In this document: one piece after another, positions 9,718-19,421 of the stretch | How positions within the stretch are numbered: position 1 is the first letter of the stretch | How the letters are laid out: each line of letters opens with the position of its first letter | IMG/VR virus record: IMGVR_UViG_3300008255_000256 | Span: 1-36,896 of that record | Source of the DNA: a virus | Taxonomy: Duplodnaviria > Caudoviricetes | Direction: 5' to 3' (one strand) | DNA length: 36,896 nt | Position numbers and translations under genes: made by a program | Notes under the pieces: model-generated | The model's database searches: none | The model's input: the letters and a program-made list of their open reading frames with translations, nothing else | What the model was told of the DNA's origin: nothing

Positions 9718-10824
9718 ATGAATGAAATTCCAACAACAGAGCATTTATATGCGTTAATAATGGCTGACTTCCAAAACAGGATGGGAACGTCATTACCGAA
9801 TTGGGGTAAATATTTCATTCGTGTTTTTGCAATGGTTAACGCTCATTTGTTTTATTTATTTTATGTTCGAATGTTTTTCGTTTATAAAAACATTCTGCCA
9901 GACACAGCTGATTCAGTTGCTAATGGTGGTTCACTCGAGCGTTACGGTTTATTATATTTGCAAAGATTACCATACAATGCAACTCAGAGTGTTTACGAAA
10001 TTCAAGGTGTTGGAATTACAGGTTCTACTATTCCGTCCGGGCGTACGTTTACAACGCAGAGAAATACAGTAAACTACATAAATGATTCAGCGTTTGTTTT
10101 TGCGCCCGGCGTGGATAGCTTTAATATACGGTCATTAACATCTGGAACGGCAACGAGATTACTTCCGGGTGATCAGGTTAATATTTCATCACCAGTTACT
10201 GGAGTTGAAAATACGTTTTTCGTTGTTTCTGAGGTTACAGAGCCAACAGATTCAGAGCCTTTGGAGTCGTACAGACAGAAAACAATTACAGCGATGCGTT
10301 ACCGTTCACGTGGAGGCGCTGCGACTGATTATAGATTCTGGAGCATTCAGGTTATTGGAGTGAGAAACGCGTATCCGTATACAGGTGTTCCGCTTCCAAA
10401 CGTTAATTTATTTATTGAGTCAGAAACAAACGATGGTGTTCCATCACTTGCATTATTATCAGATGTTGAGGCGTATGTTGAAACAAAACGAGAAATGGGT
10501 GTTTACATTAATTATTTGGCATGTACTCAGGTTGTAATTCAATTATACATACAAGGTGCGTTATCGCTTACGATTGCAGATAAACAGCAAATATTCACAG
10601 CATTAAAAGCATATTTATATAATAAACGTCCATTTATTCAGGCGATTGATGGGAGTTACAGAAATGACACGATTAATATTAATGAGATCATTGCAGTTAT
10701 TCAGTCTGTAAAACCGTCATTATTTCTAGGGAATATAGATATGACGGTTAATGGTTCGTCGCATGTAAATTATATGTTAGATTTAGGTAATATTCCGTTT
10801 TTGGATGAAATTTTCTACACATGA
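9718..10824 (+). CDS. baseplate J-like protein
   Basis: ILPDTAD..LERYG, TDSEPLESYRQK, GGAATDYRFW motifs. Confidence 0.88.
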   Translation: MNEIPTTEHLYALIMADFQNRMGTSLPNWGKYFIRVFAMVNAHLFYLFYVRMFFVYKNILPDTADSVANGGSLERYGLLYLQRLPYNATQSVYEIQGVGITGSTIPSGRTFTTQRNTVNYINDSAFVFAPGVDSFNIRSLTSGTATRLLPGDQVNISSPVTGVENTFFVVSEVTEPTDSEPLESYRQKTITAMRYRSRGGAATDYRFWSIQVIGVRNAYPYTGVPLPNVNLFIESETNDGVPSLALLSDVEAYVETKREMGVYINYLACTQVVIQLYIQGALSLTIADKQQIFTALKAYLYNKRPFIQAIDGSYRNDTININEIIAVIQSVKPSLFLGNIDMTVNGSSHVNYMLDLGNIPFLDEIFYT

Positions 10825-11573
10825 TTTCAAAGGTTATTCGAAAATTATTACCTACTGGTAGGGCGTATAAATTCAGAGCTGTTGGTAATTCGTTTATTGA
10901 TGGTAACGCTGATGAGTTTGATCGTGTTTTACTGGATATTGACCAGTTTTTAAACGGTATTATTCCAGACAATGAGGCGTTTGATGGTGGGTGGTTGGAA
11001 CGCTTTGAACGGTTTTTTGATATTCCTATAAATGAATTAGATTCTCAAGCGGTTAGAATGGCGCGCGTACGCGCTAGAATGACACCAGTTGATCCGAACG
11101 AATCTTTAATATCTATGAGTGCGTTACAAGCTGAAATTGATAACGCAGGATGGGGAGGAGTTTTATATTTGCATGAAAATCCATCAGGGTTTTTACCTCA
11201 AAATATTTTACCACCGTTATCTGTTGGTGTACAGTTGGATGATTATCAATTGGGAGATGAACAGCTCGGAGTGTTACCGCCAGAGAATGATTATCCAGAG
11301 TTATTCTCGTGGTATCAGTTAGATGATTCTCAGTTGGGTGATGCTCAGTTAATAGATGGCCCGATTTTTAACAATAAAATTGCGAATAGTTTAAACAGAC
11401 ATCGAGATACATTTGTAAATTTACAGCCGTTACCTCACACGTTTTATGTTTGTGGTGTTAATTTTGGAGAAATTGTCACGTTGCCATCATCGGATGAAAT
11501 TCCGTTAAGACAGTTATTATTGAACATTAAACCAGCGTCTAGCGTTGGGTTTTTATTAATTAAATACGTATAA
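10821..11573 (+). CDS. baseplate wedge protein (Mu gp48/YmfQ-like)
   Basis: Follows baseplate J; LLPTGRAY start, LERFERFFDIP, terminal IKPA. Confidence 0.7.
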   Translation: MISKVIRKLLPTGRAYKFRAVGNSFIDGNADEFDRVLLDIDQFLNGIIPDNEAFDGGWLERFERFFDIPINELDSQAVRMARVRARMTPVDPNESLISMSALQAEIDNAGWGGVLYLHENPSGFLPQNILPPLSVGVQLDDYQLGDEQLGVLPPENDYPELFSWYQLDDSQLGDAQLIDGPIFNNKIANSLNRHRDTFVNLQPLPHTFYVCGVNFGEIVTLPSSDEIPLRQLLLNIKPASSVGFLLIKYV

Positions 11574-11576
11574 ATT

Positions 11577-12122
11577 ATGATTAAGTTAGAAGATAAATCG
11601 AATGTGAATGCACCGTCAGTGTCGTTTCCGTATGGGTCGTTAAGAAATAATCCAGGAGACAACACAGGAACACCCGTAAATGTTAATTTAGTTGGTGACG
11701 TGATGCAGTTGATGGAAAAGATCATGGCAGAATCTGGAATTACACCTAACGGACTGCCAGATAACGAGGCGAACGGATGGCAGTTGTATGAGGCGTTGCT
11801 GCTTCTGACAGGTGGTGGAATTAGAAGGGAAATTATTAACATTGGAGATTGGGATATGGATGCTGATGGAATTGTAACAGTTGCTCATGGTCTTGCTGAT
11901 TATTCAAAGATTAAGAGAGTTTCAGTAATGATAATTCCAGATGCTGGGTCGATTATTTTACCGCTAGACTGTTTTGATGGAGTGTCAATGTCTGGGGGTA
12001 TTAATCAAATTGATGGTACAAATATAGTACTCTCCAGACTTGCTTCTGGACTATTTGACAGTACATCATTTGACAGTACATCATTTAACAGGGGTTATAT
12101 TTTAATCGATTATTTACCGTAA
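11577..12122 (+). CDS. short tail fibre / putative receptor-binding protein
   Basis: Follows the gp48-like gene; N-terminal GTPV...SGITPN...QLYEAL resembles Mu-type fibre anchors; beta-rich C-terminal domain. Confidence 0.65.
   Translation: MIKLEDKSNVNAPSVSFPYGSLRNNPGDNTGTPVNVNLVGDVMQLMEKIMAESGITPNGLPDNEANGWQLYEALLLLTGGGIRREIINIGDWDMDADGIVTVAHGLADYSKIKRVSVMIIPDAGSIILPLDCFDGVSMSGGINQIDGTNIVLSRLASGLFDSTSFDSTSFNRGYILIDYLP
12053..12091 (+). repeat. 15-bp tandem repeat (about 2.6 copies)
   Basis: ATTTGACAGTACATC twice plus ATTTAACAG; encodes FDSTS-FDSTS-FN. Confidence 0.85.
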
Positions 12123-12178
12123 CATTTATTAATTAGATATTTATTTGTAACTTAGCAGAAATAAATAAATCGAAAATT

Positions 12179-12541
12179 ATGAAAAAGTTAATCATTTTAT
12201 CAGTGGTTGCATTGTCGTTTATGGCGATTTCATGCAAAAAAGAAAATCCAGAACCGCAAGAAATTACGACTGGTCAAGTTGAAACGTTAAGTATTGGATC
12301 ATGGAACATGGATGCAATGCAAGCCGTTGAGGTGAATTTGGAAAATCCAGACGGAATTATTTCAGTTGATGTAATTATTTACTCTGACAATGGAAACGAA
12401 ACTCCATTGATTCAAGACGGTTCTTACATTAAAGAAAATGGAAGTATATTCTTGTTAAGAAAAGAAAACGGATATTTCGACCAAAGTGCGTTTTCAAATT
12501 CCACAATCAACCGTGGAATTATAACGATTCATTATCAATAA
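12179..12541 (+). CDS. lipoprotein, paralog of the tail-fibre C-terminal domain
   Basis: Signal peptide II MKKLIILSVVALSFMAIS-C, then KKE; IGSWNMDA and NRGIITIHY correspond to motifs in the upstream protein. Confidence 0.85.
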   Translation: MKKLIILSVVALSFMAISCKKENPEPQEITTGQVETLSIGSWNMDAMQAVEVNLENPDGIISVDVIIYSDNGNETPLIQDGSYIKENGSIFLLRKENGYFDQSAFSNSTINRGIITIHYQ

Positions 12542-12561
12542 ATCACATTTTACGTAAAATT

Positions 12562-12590
12562 AAGACCAGCATTGTATGTTGGTCTTTTTT
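12562..12590 (+). terminator. intrinsic terminator
   Basis: AAGACCAGCA-TTGTA-TGTTGGTCTT followed by a T-run. Confidence 0.75.
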
Positions 12591-12604
12591 AGTATTTTTA
12601 CCCT

Positions 12605-13330
12605 ATGATTAAGTTAGACAATTCTACATTTAAACGTTATTACACTGAGGTTAAATTGCTCGGTGAAAAGGACTTTGTTGATGTAGCTCGTGAGGCACTT
12701 AATGAAACGGCTAAATTCGCAAAGAAAACAACAATTCAGAAATCAGCTAACGACGCTTTTACTGTTCGTAATAAATCATTTTTCAAGGCGTTCACGCGTG
12801 TTGAATATGCAAAACGTGGACAATCATCAACGCTTGGTGGACTTCATTCATCGGTTGGGATGTTTAATAATAGTTCCAAAAAATCACTATCATCTACGTA
12901 TAATCCATTGGATAACATGGAAGAAATGGAGCATGGCGGTTCTATTAAACGTGAAATAACACCCCTTAATCAGTCTAGGATTTCAAAAACATATAATCGA
13001 GCCGTTTCAAAAACATCGTTGTTCTCAGGTAATTTAATTACTCAGTCTAAAATGAATGGTAAGCATGCAAAGCAACGTTTTAGAATTGCGCTTGAGACTG
13101 CGAAGAAAGAAGGTAAGAAATTTATACTTGCGGATGAATACAAAGCGATTTATGCAGTTTCATCTAGAAAAACACGCAGGATATTTGGTTACGATAAATC
13201 GAACACGAATAGAATTAAGGCTACTCATTTCATGGAGAAAGCAACCCGCGAAGCATCGGAGTTAATTCCAGCGTTTTTTATAAAAGAAGCGATTAAGAAG
13301 ATTGAATTTAGAGCATCAAAAATTAAGTAA
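12605..13330 (+). CDS. putative tail completion/neck protein (gpZ-like)
   Basis: Basic protein with ALNETA, MEHGG and C-terminal THFMEKA. Confidence 0.5.
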   Translation: MIKLDNSTFKRYYTEVKLLGEKDFVDVAREALNETAKFAKKTTIQKSANDAFTVRNKSFFKAFTRVEYAKRGQSSTLGGLHSSVGMFNNSSKKSLSSTYNPLDNMEEMEHGGSIKREITPLNQSRISKTYNRAVSKTSLFSGNLITQSKMNGKHAKQRFRIALETAKKEGKKFILADEYKAIYAVSSRKTRRIFGYDKSNTNRIKATHFMEKATREASELIPAFFIKEAIKKIEFRASKIK

Positions 13331-14505
13331 TGGAAGTAGAAAACGAAAAAGTATCAATAACAACTGGTGACAGTAAGAAATACGAGTTATCTTATGATTT
13401 GTCTCCGTTCGATGAGGATTTTCATCACACTAAATTTGATTTTCTTAATACTCCAGGGTCTTTAGTTGACCGTAAAGAAGTTCAGGCCACTCGTTACGAT
13501 CTTACTGTATATTTTACGGGTGCAAATCATTTAATTGATGCGAATGAATTCCGTAACTCAACACTGGACAAACGTCCTTGGCTAGTTGAGCATCCATTTA
13601 ACGGTACTCGTAATATGCAACCGTTGACAATTAAATACGATAGTACTAAAAAACTTCATACAGCTGTTACGATTGCACTTTCAGAGACTATAATGAATGA
13701 TGGTTTGTTAATCATTCAGGACCCACGATCACTTATTGAGTCTGGATCCGAAAACTTAAATGATGTAAACAATGAAACTTCATCTCAATTAATACAGGAA
13801 ACGCCAACTGAGGTGACAAATCTTACAGATACAGCGAATGGAATTAATTCAGATTTAAAAAATAAAATTTCAGGTCAAGATGTTGCAGATAAATACAGCG
13901 ATATATTTTTCAAATTAAATACATCCGTAGGTTCGTTTGGTTCAGATGCCATTCAAACGATGCGCCAAATAACGAACATGTTACTGATGCCAAGGCAGTT
14001 TGTTGATAATATAAAAGATCGTTTGGAATTCATTAAGTCTCAATTCGGTTCGTTTATAAATTTGGTTCAATCTTCATCTACGATATATACTGCTCAATAT
14101 TTAGGTGCTAGTGTTATTTCTGCCTATACAGTTACTGCTATTCCAAGCAGTACAGTAAAGTATAATACAGCCTCTGAAGTTGATGATGTTGCTTTGGATT
14201 TATGGGGTATGTTTACTTCATACGCTAACGGATTACAATCTCAGCAGACCATAAATGGTTTTGTTCCAAATTATGAAATTGCCAATCAGTTATACGAGCA
14301 AGTGGTTAACACGATTTTTAATCTATATCAAATTGCGTTAGATTTACCAACCGTTGTTGAGGACATTATGCAATCAGATACAATGGCTGTAATTTTAGCA
14401 CATACATACGGAATGGATTTCGATTTAATGTTTAAGGTTAACAACTGGAGTATTGCTCAAACGATGATAATTCCAAAGGATTCACCATTCAAATACTACA
14501 TTTAA
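13330..14505 (+). CDS. DNA circularisation/tail protein (Mu gpN-like)
   Basis: N-terminal F.F...G...LVEHPF.G pattern, helical centre, LysM-like end; precedes the hub gene. Confidence 0.7.
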   Translation: MEVENEKVSITTGDSKKYELSYDLSPFDEDFHHTKFDFLNTPGSLVDRKEVQATRYDLTVYFTGANHLIDANEFRNSTLDKRPWLVEHPFNGTRNMQPLTIKYDSTKKLHTAVTIALSETIMNDGLLIIQDPRSLIESGSENLNDVNNETSSQLIQETPTEVTNLTDTANGINSDLKNKISGQDVADKYSDIFFKLNTSVGSFGSDAIQTMRQITNMLLMPRQFVDNIKDRLEFIKSQFGSFINLVQSSSTIYTAQYLGASVISAYTVTAIPSSTVKYNTASEVDDVALDLWGMFTSYANGLQSQQTINGFVPNYEIANQLYEQVVNTIFNLYQIALDLPTVVEDIMQSDTMAVILAHTYGMDFDLMFKVNNWSIAQTMIIPKDSPFKYYI

Positions 14506-15593
14506 TGTTTGAAATTGTAATAAAGGACAGGTACGAACCTCGCAGAATTAGTAATTTCAATAAATTCAATATTGGATTAACTTTCGATAGTATAGGTGAT
14601 ACGTTTGGTTTTGCATGGTTATTTGATGAGAAAAACTATGATCACAAGGAATTATTATGTTTGTCTCATTTCCACCCTTGTGATGTTTATTATAACGGTG
14701 AAAAAATCGTCACCGGAAATATTATAAATAATGAGTTTGAACATAGTCCAGACCCAGCAATGATTCAGATTGGAGGTTATTCACGTCCAGGTATTCTTAG
14801 TAATTCGTGTGTATCGATTCAAGATTATCCACTCCAAACAAAAGGGTTGACGATTGAAAATGTAGCTAAAAAGTTGTGTGAACCAAAACACATAGTGGTT
14901 AAAATTGATGATTCGGTTAAATCTAAAATGCAGACAATAGTTACTGATGATGATATACAACCAACCGATACAATTGAATCGTATTTAAAAAAAATAACTG
15001 AAGTTAAACGGATAGTAATGACTCATAATACTGATGGTGAGTTGGTTTTTACTGAAGCGAAAACAAATGTTAATCCAGTGCGTGTATTTGACAACACAAC
15101 TGGATCATTTCCTGCAACTGGTTTTAAAATGAAATTTAACGGTGAGGGAATGCACCGATTTATCACCGTAACACAACAGGCGACTGGAAGTGGCACGAAA
15201 GGAGGTCAGTTTACGATTAGAAATCCTTTTGTAATAAACACTTACCCAAAGGACATTACAATAACATCATCGAGTGGAATAGCTGATGATATGAAAAGTG
15301 CTGCACGTCAGGAATTAGGTAAGGAATTACAAAATATTACGTTATCAGCTGAGATTTACGACTGGAAATTAGGTGATGATTTAATTCTACCAGGACAAAT
15401 GATAACTGTTTATGATGAAAAATTGTATCTTTACTTAAAAGTTGATTGGTTTATTAAGTCAGTCAATTATAATGCCGATGAAAAGGGAATAACTTGTTCA
15501 ATTAGTTGTGTTCTTCCGGAGGTGTTTAATGAAGCGGAAGTTTTGAATATTTTTAAGGATATAAATATACACGGCCAAATAAATGAATATTAA
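14505..15593 (+). CDS. baseplate hub protein (Mu gpP-like)
   Basis: 362 aa; FDSIGDTF.F, HNTDGELVF; lies between gpN-like and spike genes. Confidence 0.72.
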   Translation: MFEIVIKDRYEPRRISNFNKFNIGLTFDSIGDTFGFAWLFDEKNYDHKELLCLSHFHPCDVYYNGEKIVTGNIINNEFEHSPDPAMIQIGGYSRPGILSNSCVSIQDYPLQTKGLTIENVAKKLCEPKHIVVKIDDSVKSKMQTIVTDDDIQPTDTIESYLKKITEVKRIVMTHNTDGELVFTEAKTNVNPVRVFDNTTGSFPATGFKMKFNGEGMHRFITVTQQATGSGTKGGQFTIRNPFVINTYPKDITITSSSGIADDMKSAARQELGKELQNITLSAEIYDWKLGDDLILPGQMITVYDEKLYLYLKVDWFIKSVNYNADEKGITCSISCVLPEVFNEAEVLNIFKDINIHGQINEY

Positions 15594-16134
15594 TATTTTA
15601 AATACAATATTATCAAAGGTCGATGATGAGACTAAGAATTTATTGATTCAGGCGTACAGGTTTGGCGTTGATGATGTTATTGAAGTTTTAGAAGCTACAC
15701 CGTTCGGAATTGGAGGGAAGCCACCAAAAGAAACGCCATTGTTATCGGTAAAAACTGATCGTGGAACATACGTAATTGGAGCGTTGACGTTAAAAAAAGA
15801 ACTCAATGATGGTGAGTCTGTTTTGTTTGCGTTGAATGATAAGGGAAAAGAGATTAAATCGTTTGTTCATTGTTTGAATGATGGAACGATTAACGTTGGA
15901 GGTGATGATGATAATGCTGTTTTATATTCAAAATTAGAAGAAAAATTCAACGAATTAAAAGCTGATCACAACGCGTTAGTTCAGTTATTTAATTCTCATA
16001 TTCACATAACTACTGCGACGGTTGCAGCAACTCCAACACCCGGAGTAATTGCACCGACAACTACACAAGCTCAAAATTCGACTGTAGATATTTCGCCTGC
16101 TAAGTCAAATAAAGTTAAATTAGTAAAAAATTAA
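15583..16134 (+). CDS. baseplate spike protein
   Basis: PFGI...P, GESVLF and C-terminal HxH (NSHIH) metal-binding motif. Confidence 0.72.
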   Translation: MNINILNTILSKVDDETKNLLIQAYRFGVDDVIEVLEATPFGIGGKPPKETPLLSVKTDRGTYVIGALTLKKELNDGESVLFALNDKGKEIKSFVHCLNDGTINVGGDDDNAVLYSKLEEKFNELKADHNALVQLFNSHIHITTATVAATPTPGVIAPTTTQAQNSTVDISPAKSNKVKLVKN

Positions 16135-16136
16135 TT

Positions 16137-16448
16137 ATGATTTTCGTTGAAAAAATAGATGTTAATTTAGATGGAGCTCGTGATTATGCTGCGATTATAG
16201 CTATTATTGATGCTGCTATATTGGAGCTTATGCCGTATTTAGCTGAAAAGATGTTAAATTCTGAGGTTGTGGAGTATAGTTTAAATACTGGACCATCTCA
16301 GGTTACAACTAAATTAAAAACGAACGAAGATTTCACAAACGTAATTGGTAATCTGGAAAAATTACGTACTCAATATGTAATGTTGTGGAACAGACGTGAA
16401 GGAAATGGAGTTATCCAATTGCAGGATGCTCAAAATTTTATGAGATAA
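16137..16448 (+). CDS. putative head-tail joining protein (gpW position)
   Basis: Small ORF immediately before the portal; EYSLNTG hairpin-like motif. Confidence 0.55.
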   Translation: MIFVEKIDVNLDGARDYAAIIAIIDAAILELMPYLAEKMLNSEVVEYSLNTGPSQVTTKLKTNEDFTNVIGNLEKLRTQYVMLWNRREGNGVIQLQDAQNFMR

Positions 16449-18016
16449 TGGGGATATTAGATTGGTTTAAAAGAGATACGGAATTACAGGATAATTCAAT
16501 TACAGGTCAACGTCCTAATGTTAACGCTTCATTTTCATCGTACAGTCCTTATGGTGCTGATATTTTTGATGGTGAGAAGAATGTTGGAATGGTTGGTCCT
16601 ATTCGTAACATTAAGGTGAATAATGAACGAATGAGTGTTCGTGCTGAAAATTTATACCTTAAAAACGACATTGTAAAAACGATAATCAATCGATATACAA
16701 AATGGATTATTTCTACCGGTTTAGATTTGGAGATTAATCCGAGTCCAGATGTTCTGAAAATATTCGGTATAAACTGGAGTCGTGAGCAAATCGAAAATAG
16801 TAATCAGAACATTGAGATGTTATTTAGAACATGGAGCAGTTCAACGATGAGTGATTATAGAGGTCGTAGATGTTTCTATGATCTTCAAAAGATAGCGTTT
16901 AAGACAACTATTTTGACTGGTGATATTTTGGTTATTCTTAGAATCGATTCAAAAACGAAATCATTGAAAGTTGAGTTGGTTAAGTCTGATAGGTTGGTTA
17001 ATCCATTAGGTGCGAACACGAATGACTTAGATAATTGGACTGGTGGAATTAAGCTGAACGAAAAAGGAGAAGTAACTGATTTCTGTATAAAGGCTAAAAA
17101 TAAGGACGGTTATTTAATTATTCCAGCCAAAAATAAACTCGGATTAACTCAGGCGTATTTATTCAGTATGGATAATTTCCGAGGTGAGGATATTAGAGGT
17201 TTATCCGTTTTATCTGCATCGATGGATTCGGTTGCGTCCGCTGATAGATATAAAGACGCCACGGTAACAGGAGCAGAGGAGCGAGCAAAGATTGCGTTTT
17301 CTATTGAGCACGACGTTGAAAGCAATGGAGTTAATCCATTAGAACGATTAGGTAAAATGAAGGGGTCTAGTCCTGAAAAACCTATGGCAGAGGATATCAA
17401 TGGCGCGAAATTAACTGGAACTGTAGCGGCGACATTACAGAAATCTGTAGTTAACTTACATCCAGGATCTAAATTAGTAATGCATGAGGGGAAAACAGAT
17501 AAAGATTTCCCAGAGTTCATTGATAAGATATTCGAAATCACAGCGGCCGTTATCGGTATTCCGGTTAATGTTGCGATGATGATTTATAACGATTCGTTTT
17601 CAGCGTCTAGAGCAGCGATTAATGACTGGATGCATAGTATGAAAGTTGACAGAATGTGTGCGACTCGTTTATTTTTCAAACCGATTGTTGAATATTGGTT
17701 GTATGCTGAATGTGCGAATGGCAATATAGTAATGCCTCAGTATTTAAAGGCGGTTGTTGATGGTAACGAATACGTTAAATCTGCGATTGTTAAGTGTGAA
17801 TTTGTTGGAGAAATGTTCCCGCATATTGACCCAGATAAAGAGGCAAAAGCGTTGAGACGAATGTTAGGGCCTAAGTTTGATAATGTTCCGTTAACTACGA
17901 TCGAACGTGCTATTAGACAGTTAGGAAATTCAGATAGTGATTCGGTAATTAATCAGGCAAAATCTGAACATGATGAATATTTGGAGTATTTTCCTGATGT
18001 AAAAGAAAATAATTAA
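16448..18016 (+). CDS. portal protein, lambda family
   Basis: 522 aa; IRGLS.L, SFSASRAA, HIDPDKEAKA motifs. Confidence 0.9.
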   Translation: MGILDWFKRDTELQDNSITGQRPNVNASFSSYSPYGADIFDGEKNVGMVGPIRNIKVNNERMSVRAENLYLKNDIVKTIINRYTKWIISTGLDLEINPSPDVLKIFGINWSREQIENSNQNIEMLFRTWSSSTMSDYRGRRCFYDLQKIAFKTTILTGDILVILRIDSKTKSLKVELVKSDRLVNPLGANTNDLDNWTGGIKLNEKGEVTDFCIKAKNKDGYLIIPAKNKLGLTQAYLFSMDNFRGEDIRGLSVLSASMDSVASADRYKDATVTGAEERAKIAFSIEHDVESNGVNPLERLGKMKGSSPEKPMAEDINGAKLTGTVAATLQKSVVNLHPGSKLVMHEGKTDKDFPEFIDKIFEITAAVIGIPVNVAMMIYNDSFSASRAAINDWMHSMKVDRMCATRLFFKPIVEYWLYAECANGNIVMPQYLKAVVDGNEYVKSAIVKCEFVGEMFPHIDPDKEAKALRRMLGPKFDNVPLTTIERAIRQLGNSDSDSVINQAKSEHDEYLEYFPDVKENN

Positions 18017-18024
18017 TATATTTG
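18017..18024 (+). promoter_or_regulatory. Bacteroidota -7 promoter element (possible leaderless transcript)
   Basis: TATATTTG ends 6 nt before ATG 18031. Confidence 0.5.
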
Positions 18025-18030
18025 TAAGAT

Positions 18031-18996
18031 ATGGCAAAGAAGATAGTTCCGATTTATACAGAGATAAACGATTCAACGGCTGAACGTTTTGCTGCGTCCG
18101 TTAATGATGCGTCTCGTTTTGGCGACGATTTAGAGGTTCGATTGAGTAGTAATGGAGGGTCTCCAGAGCAAGGTTGGTCTGTTTTGTCGTTAATGCAGGA
18201 TTTTACAGGCGTTAAGACATTAGGTGTTGATGGTCGTGCATACTCAATGGCAAGTTTTTTGCCGTTATATGTAGATGAGGCAACAGCACTGGACGTTTCT
18301 CAATTTATGTTTCATCGTGCTGGTTTATGGTACGAAGGAACCGACATGTTTAATGAGGTTGATCAACAACGTTTGGACATGATTAATGGTCATTTGAAAA
18401 GTCAAATGAAATCCAAACTTGACGAAGATGAGTTTGAGAAAGCATTTGGAATTACGATTGACGCGATGTTTGAAGGTGAACGAAAAGATTATTTTTTCGA
18501 CGCTAAAACAGCAAAAAAAATAGGTTTAATATCAAGTATTAAAAAGTTAGATTCGGTTGCGAAATCTGATATTAATGCGTTATGTCGTACGATGGAAATC
18601 GCTGCGATATATGAAGATGAAACCCCAGTAAACAAGGATAATTTAAATACAAATAAAATGACGATTCAAGAGGTAAAAGCAAACCACCCTGATGTTGTAA
18701 AGTCAATTCAAGAGGAAACGATTGCGAACGTGAAAGCGTGGCAAGGTTTTATCGACATTGATAATGTTACTGCAACGGCTGGAATGCTAACAGGAAATGC
18801 TCCAACGTCCGCAGAGATTGCGACGATGCAAGCTAACTACATTAAGGCTCAAAAGCCAGAAACACCAGAAGCGCCTGCGGAAATTGCTGCGGTTGGAGCT
18901 GATGCGGGTGCAACTGAAGAGGCTACAGATGTAGAAGAAAAAAACCCTTATATGGCTGGGATAGAAGCTATGCATAGTAAAGAGTCTAAAAAATAA
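18031..18996 (+). CDS. ClpP-like head maturation protease with scaffold-like C-terminus
   Basis: SNGGS, DGRAYSMAS (catalytic Ser), FMFH, F.AKTA..IGLI; acidic Ala-rich tail. Confidence 0.85.
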   Translation: MAKKIVPIYTEINDSTAERFAASVNDASRFGDDLEVRLSSNGGSPEQGWSVLSLMQDFTGVKTLGVDGRAYSMASFLPLYVDEATALDVSQFMFHRAGLWYEGTDMFNEVDQQRLDMINGHLKSQMKSKLDEDEFEKAFGITIDAMFEGERKDYFFDAKTAKKIGLISSIKKLDSVAKSDINALCRTMEIAAIYEDETPVNKDNLNTNKMTIQEVKANHPDVVKSIQEETIANVKAWQGFIDIDNVTATAGMLTGNAPTSAEIATMQANYIKAQKPETPEAPAEIAAVGADAGATEEATDVEEKNPYMAGIEAMHSKESKK

Positions 18997-18999
18997 GAC

Positions 19000-19413
19000 A
19001 TGGCAACAAATCAAGTAAATGTAACTGCTGTTACACAGAAAAAAACGATTCAAATCGGAGACAACACGTTTCAGATGGGTAATTTTGCGAACAGTGCTAC
19101 TGGATCTGAATTACCAGTTGGTGCTATTTTAGCGCGAAACACAACTACTGGAAACATTGTAATTTTGGATATAGCTGCAACGACAACTAATGCGAATTCA
19201 CCAATTGGATTCAATACAGATGCTCGTGATTTCGGAATTAGTGAAGTAAAAAACATCACTTATGTTACAGGTGGAAAAATTGATGAGGATATGATTGTTT
19301 TTCCTGCGGGCGTAACGATGGATACGATCATTGAAACAACCGGAACTCCAGGCGCAAAAACATTGCGTGATTATTTAACAGGTATGGGATTTGAAATCTT
19401 CAAACCACAATAA
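19000..19413 (+). CDS. head decoration protein
   Basis: Lies between protease and capsid; GAILAR, LRDYL..MG. Confidence 0.7.
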   Translation: MATNQVNVTAVTQKKTIQIGDNTFQMGNFANSATGSELPVGAILARNTTTGNIVILDIAATTTNANSPIGFNTDARDFGISEVKNITYVTGGKIDEDMIVFPAGVTMDTIIETTGTPGAKTLRDYLTGMGFEIFKPQ

Positions 19414-19421
19414 TTTTTAAA

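Noticed and set aside
11230-11352. Repeated QLDDxQLGDxQL peptide in the gp48-like protein
   Set aside because: Short internal duplication with no further support for a distinct function
12053-12091. 15-bp repeat as a phase-variation locus
   Set aside because: In-frame, low copy number, and the paralogous lipoprotein has the same length across this segment
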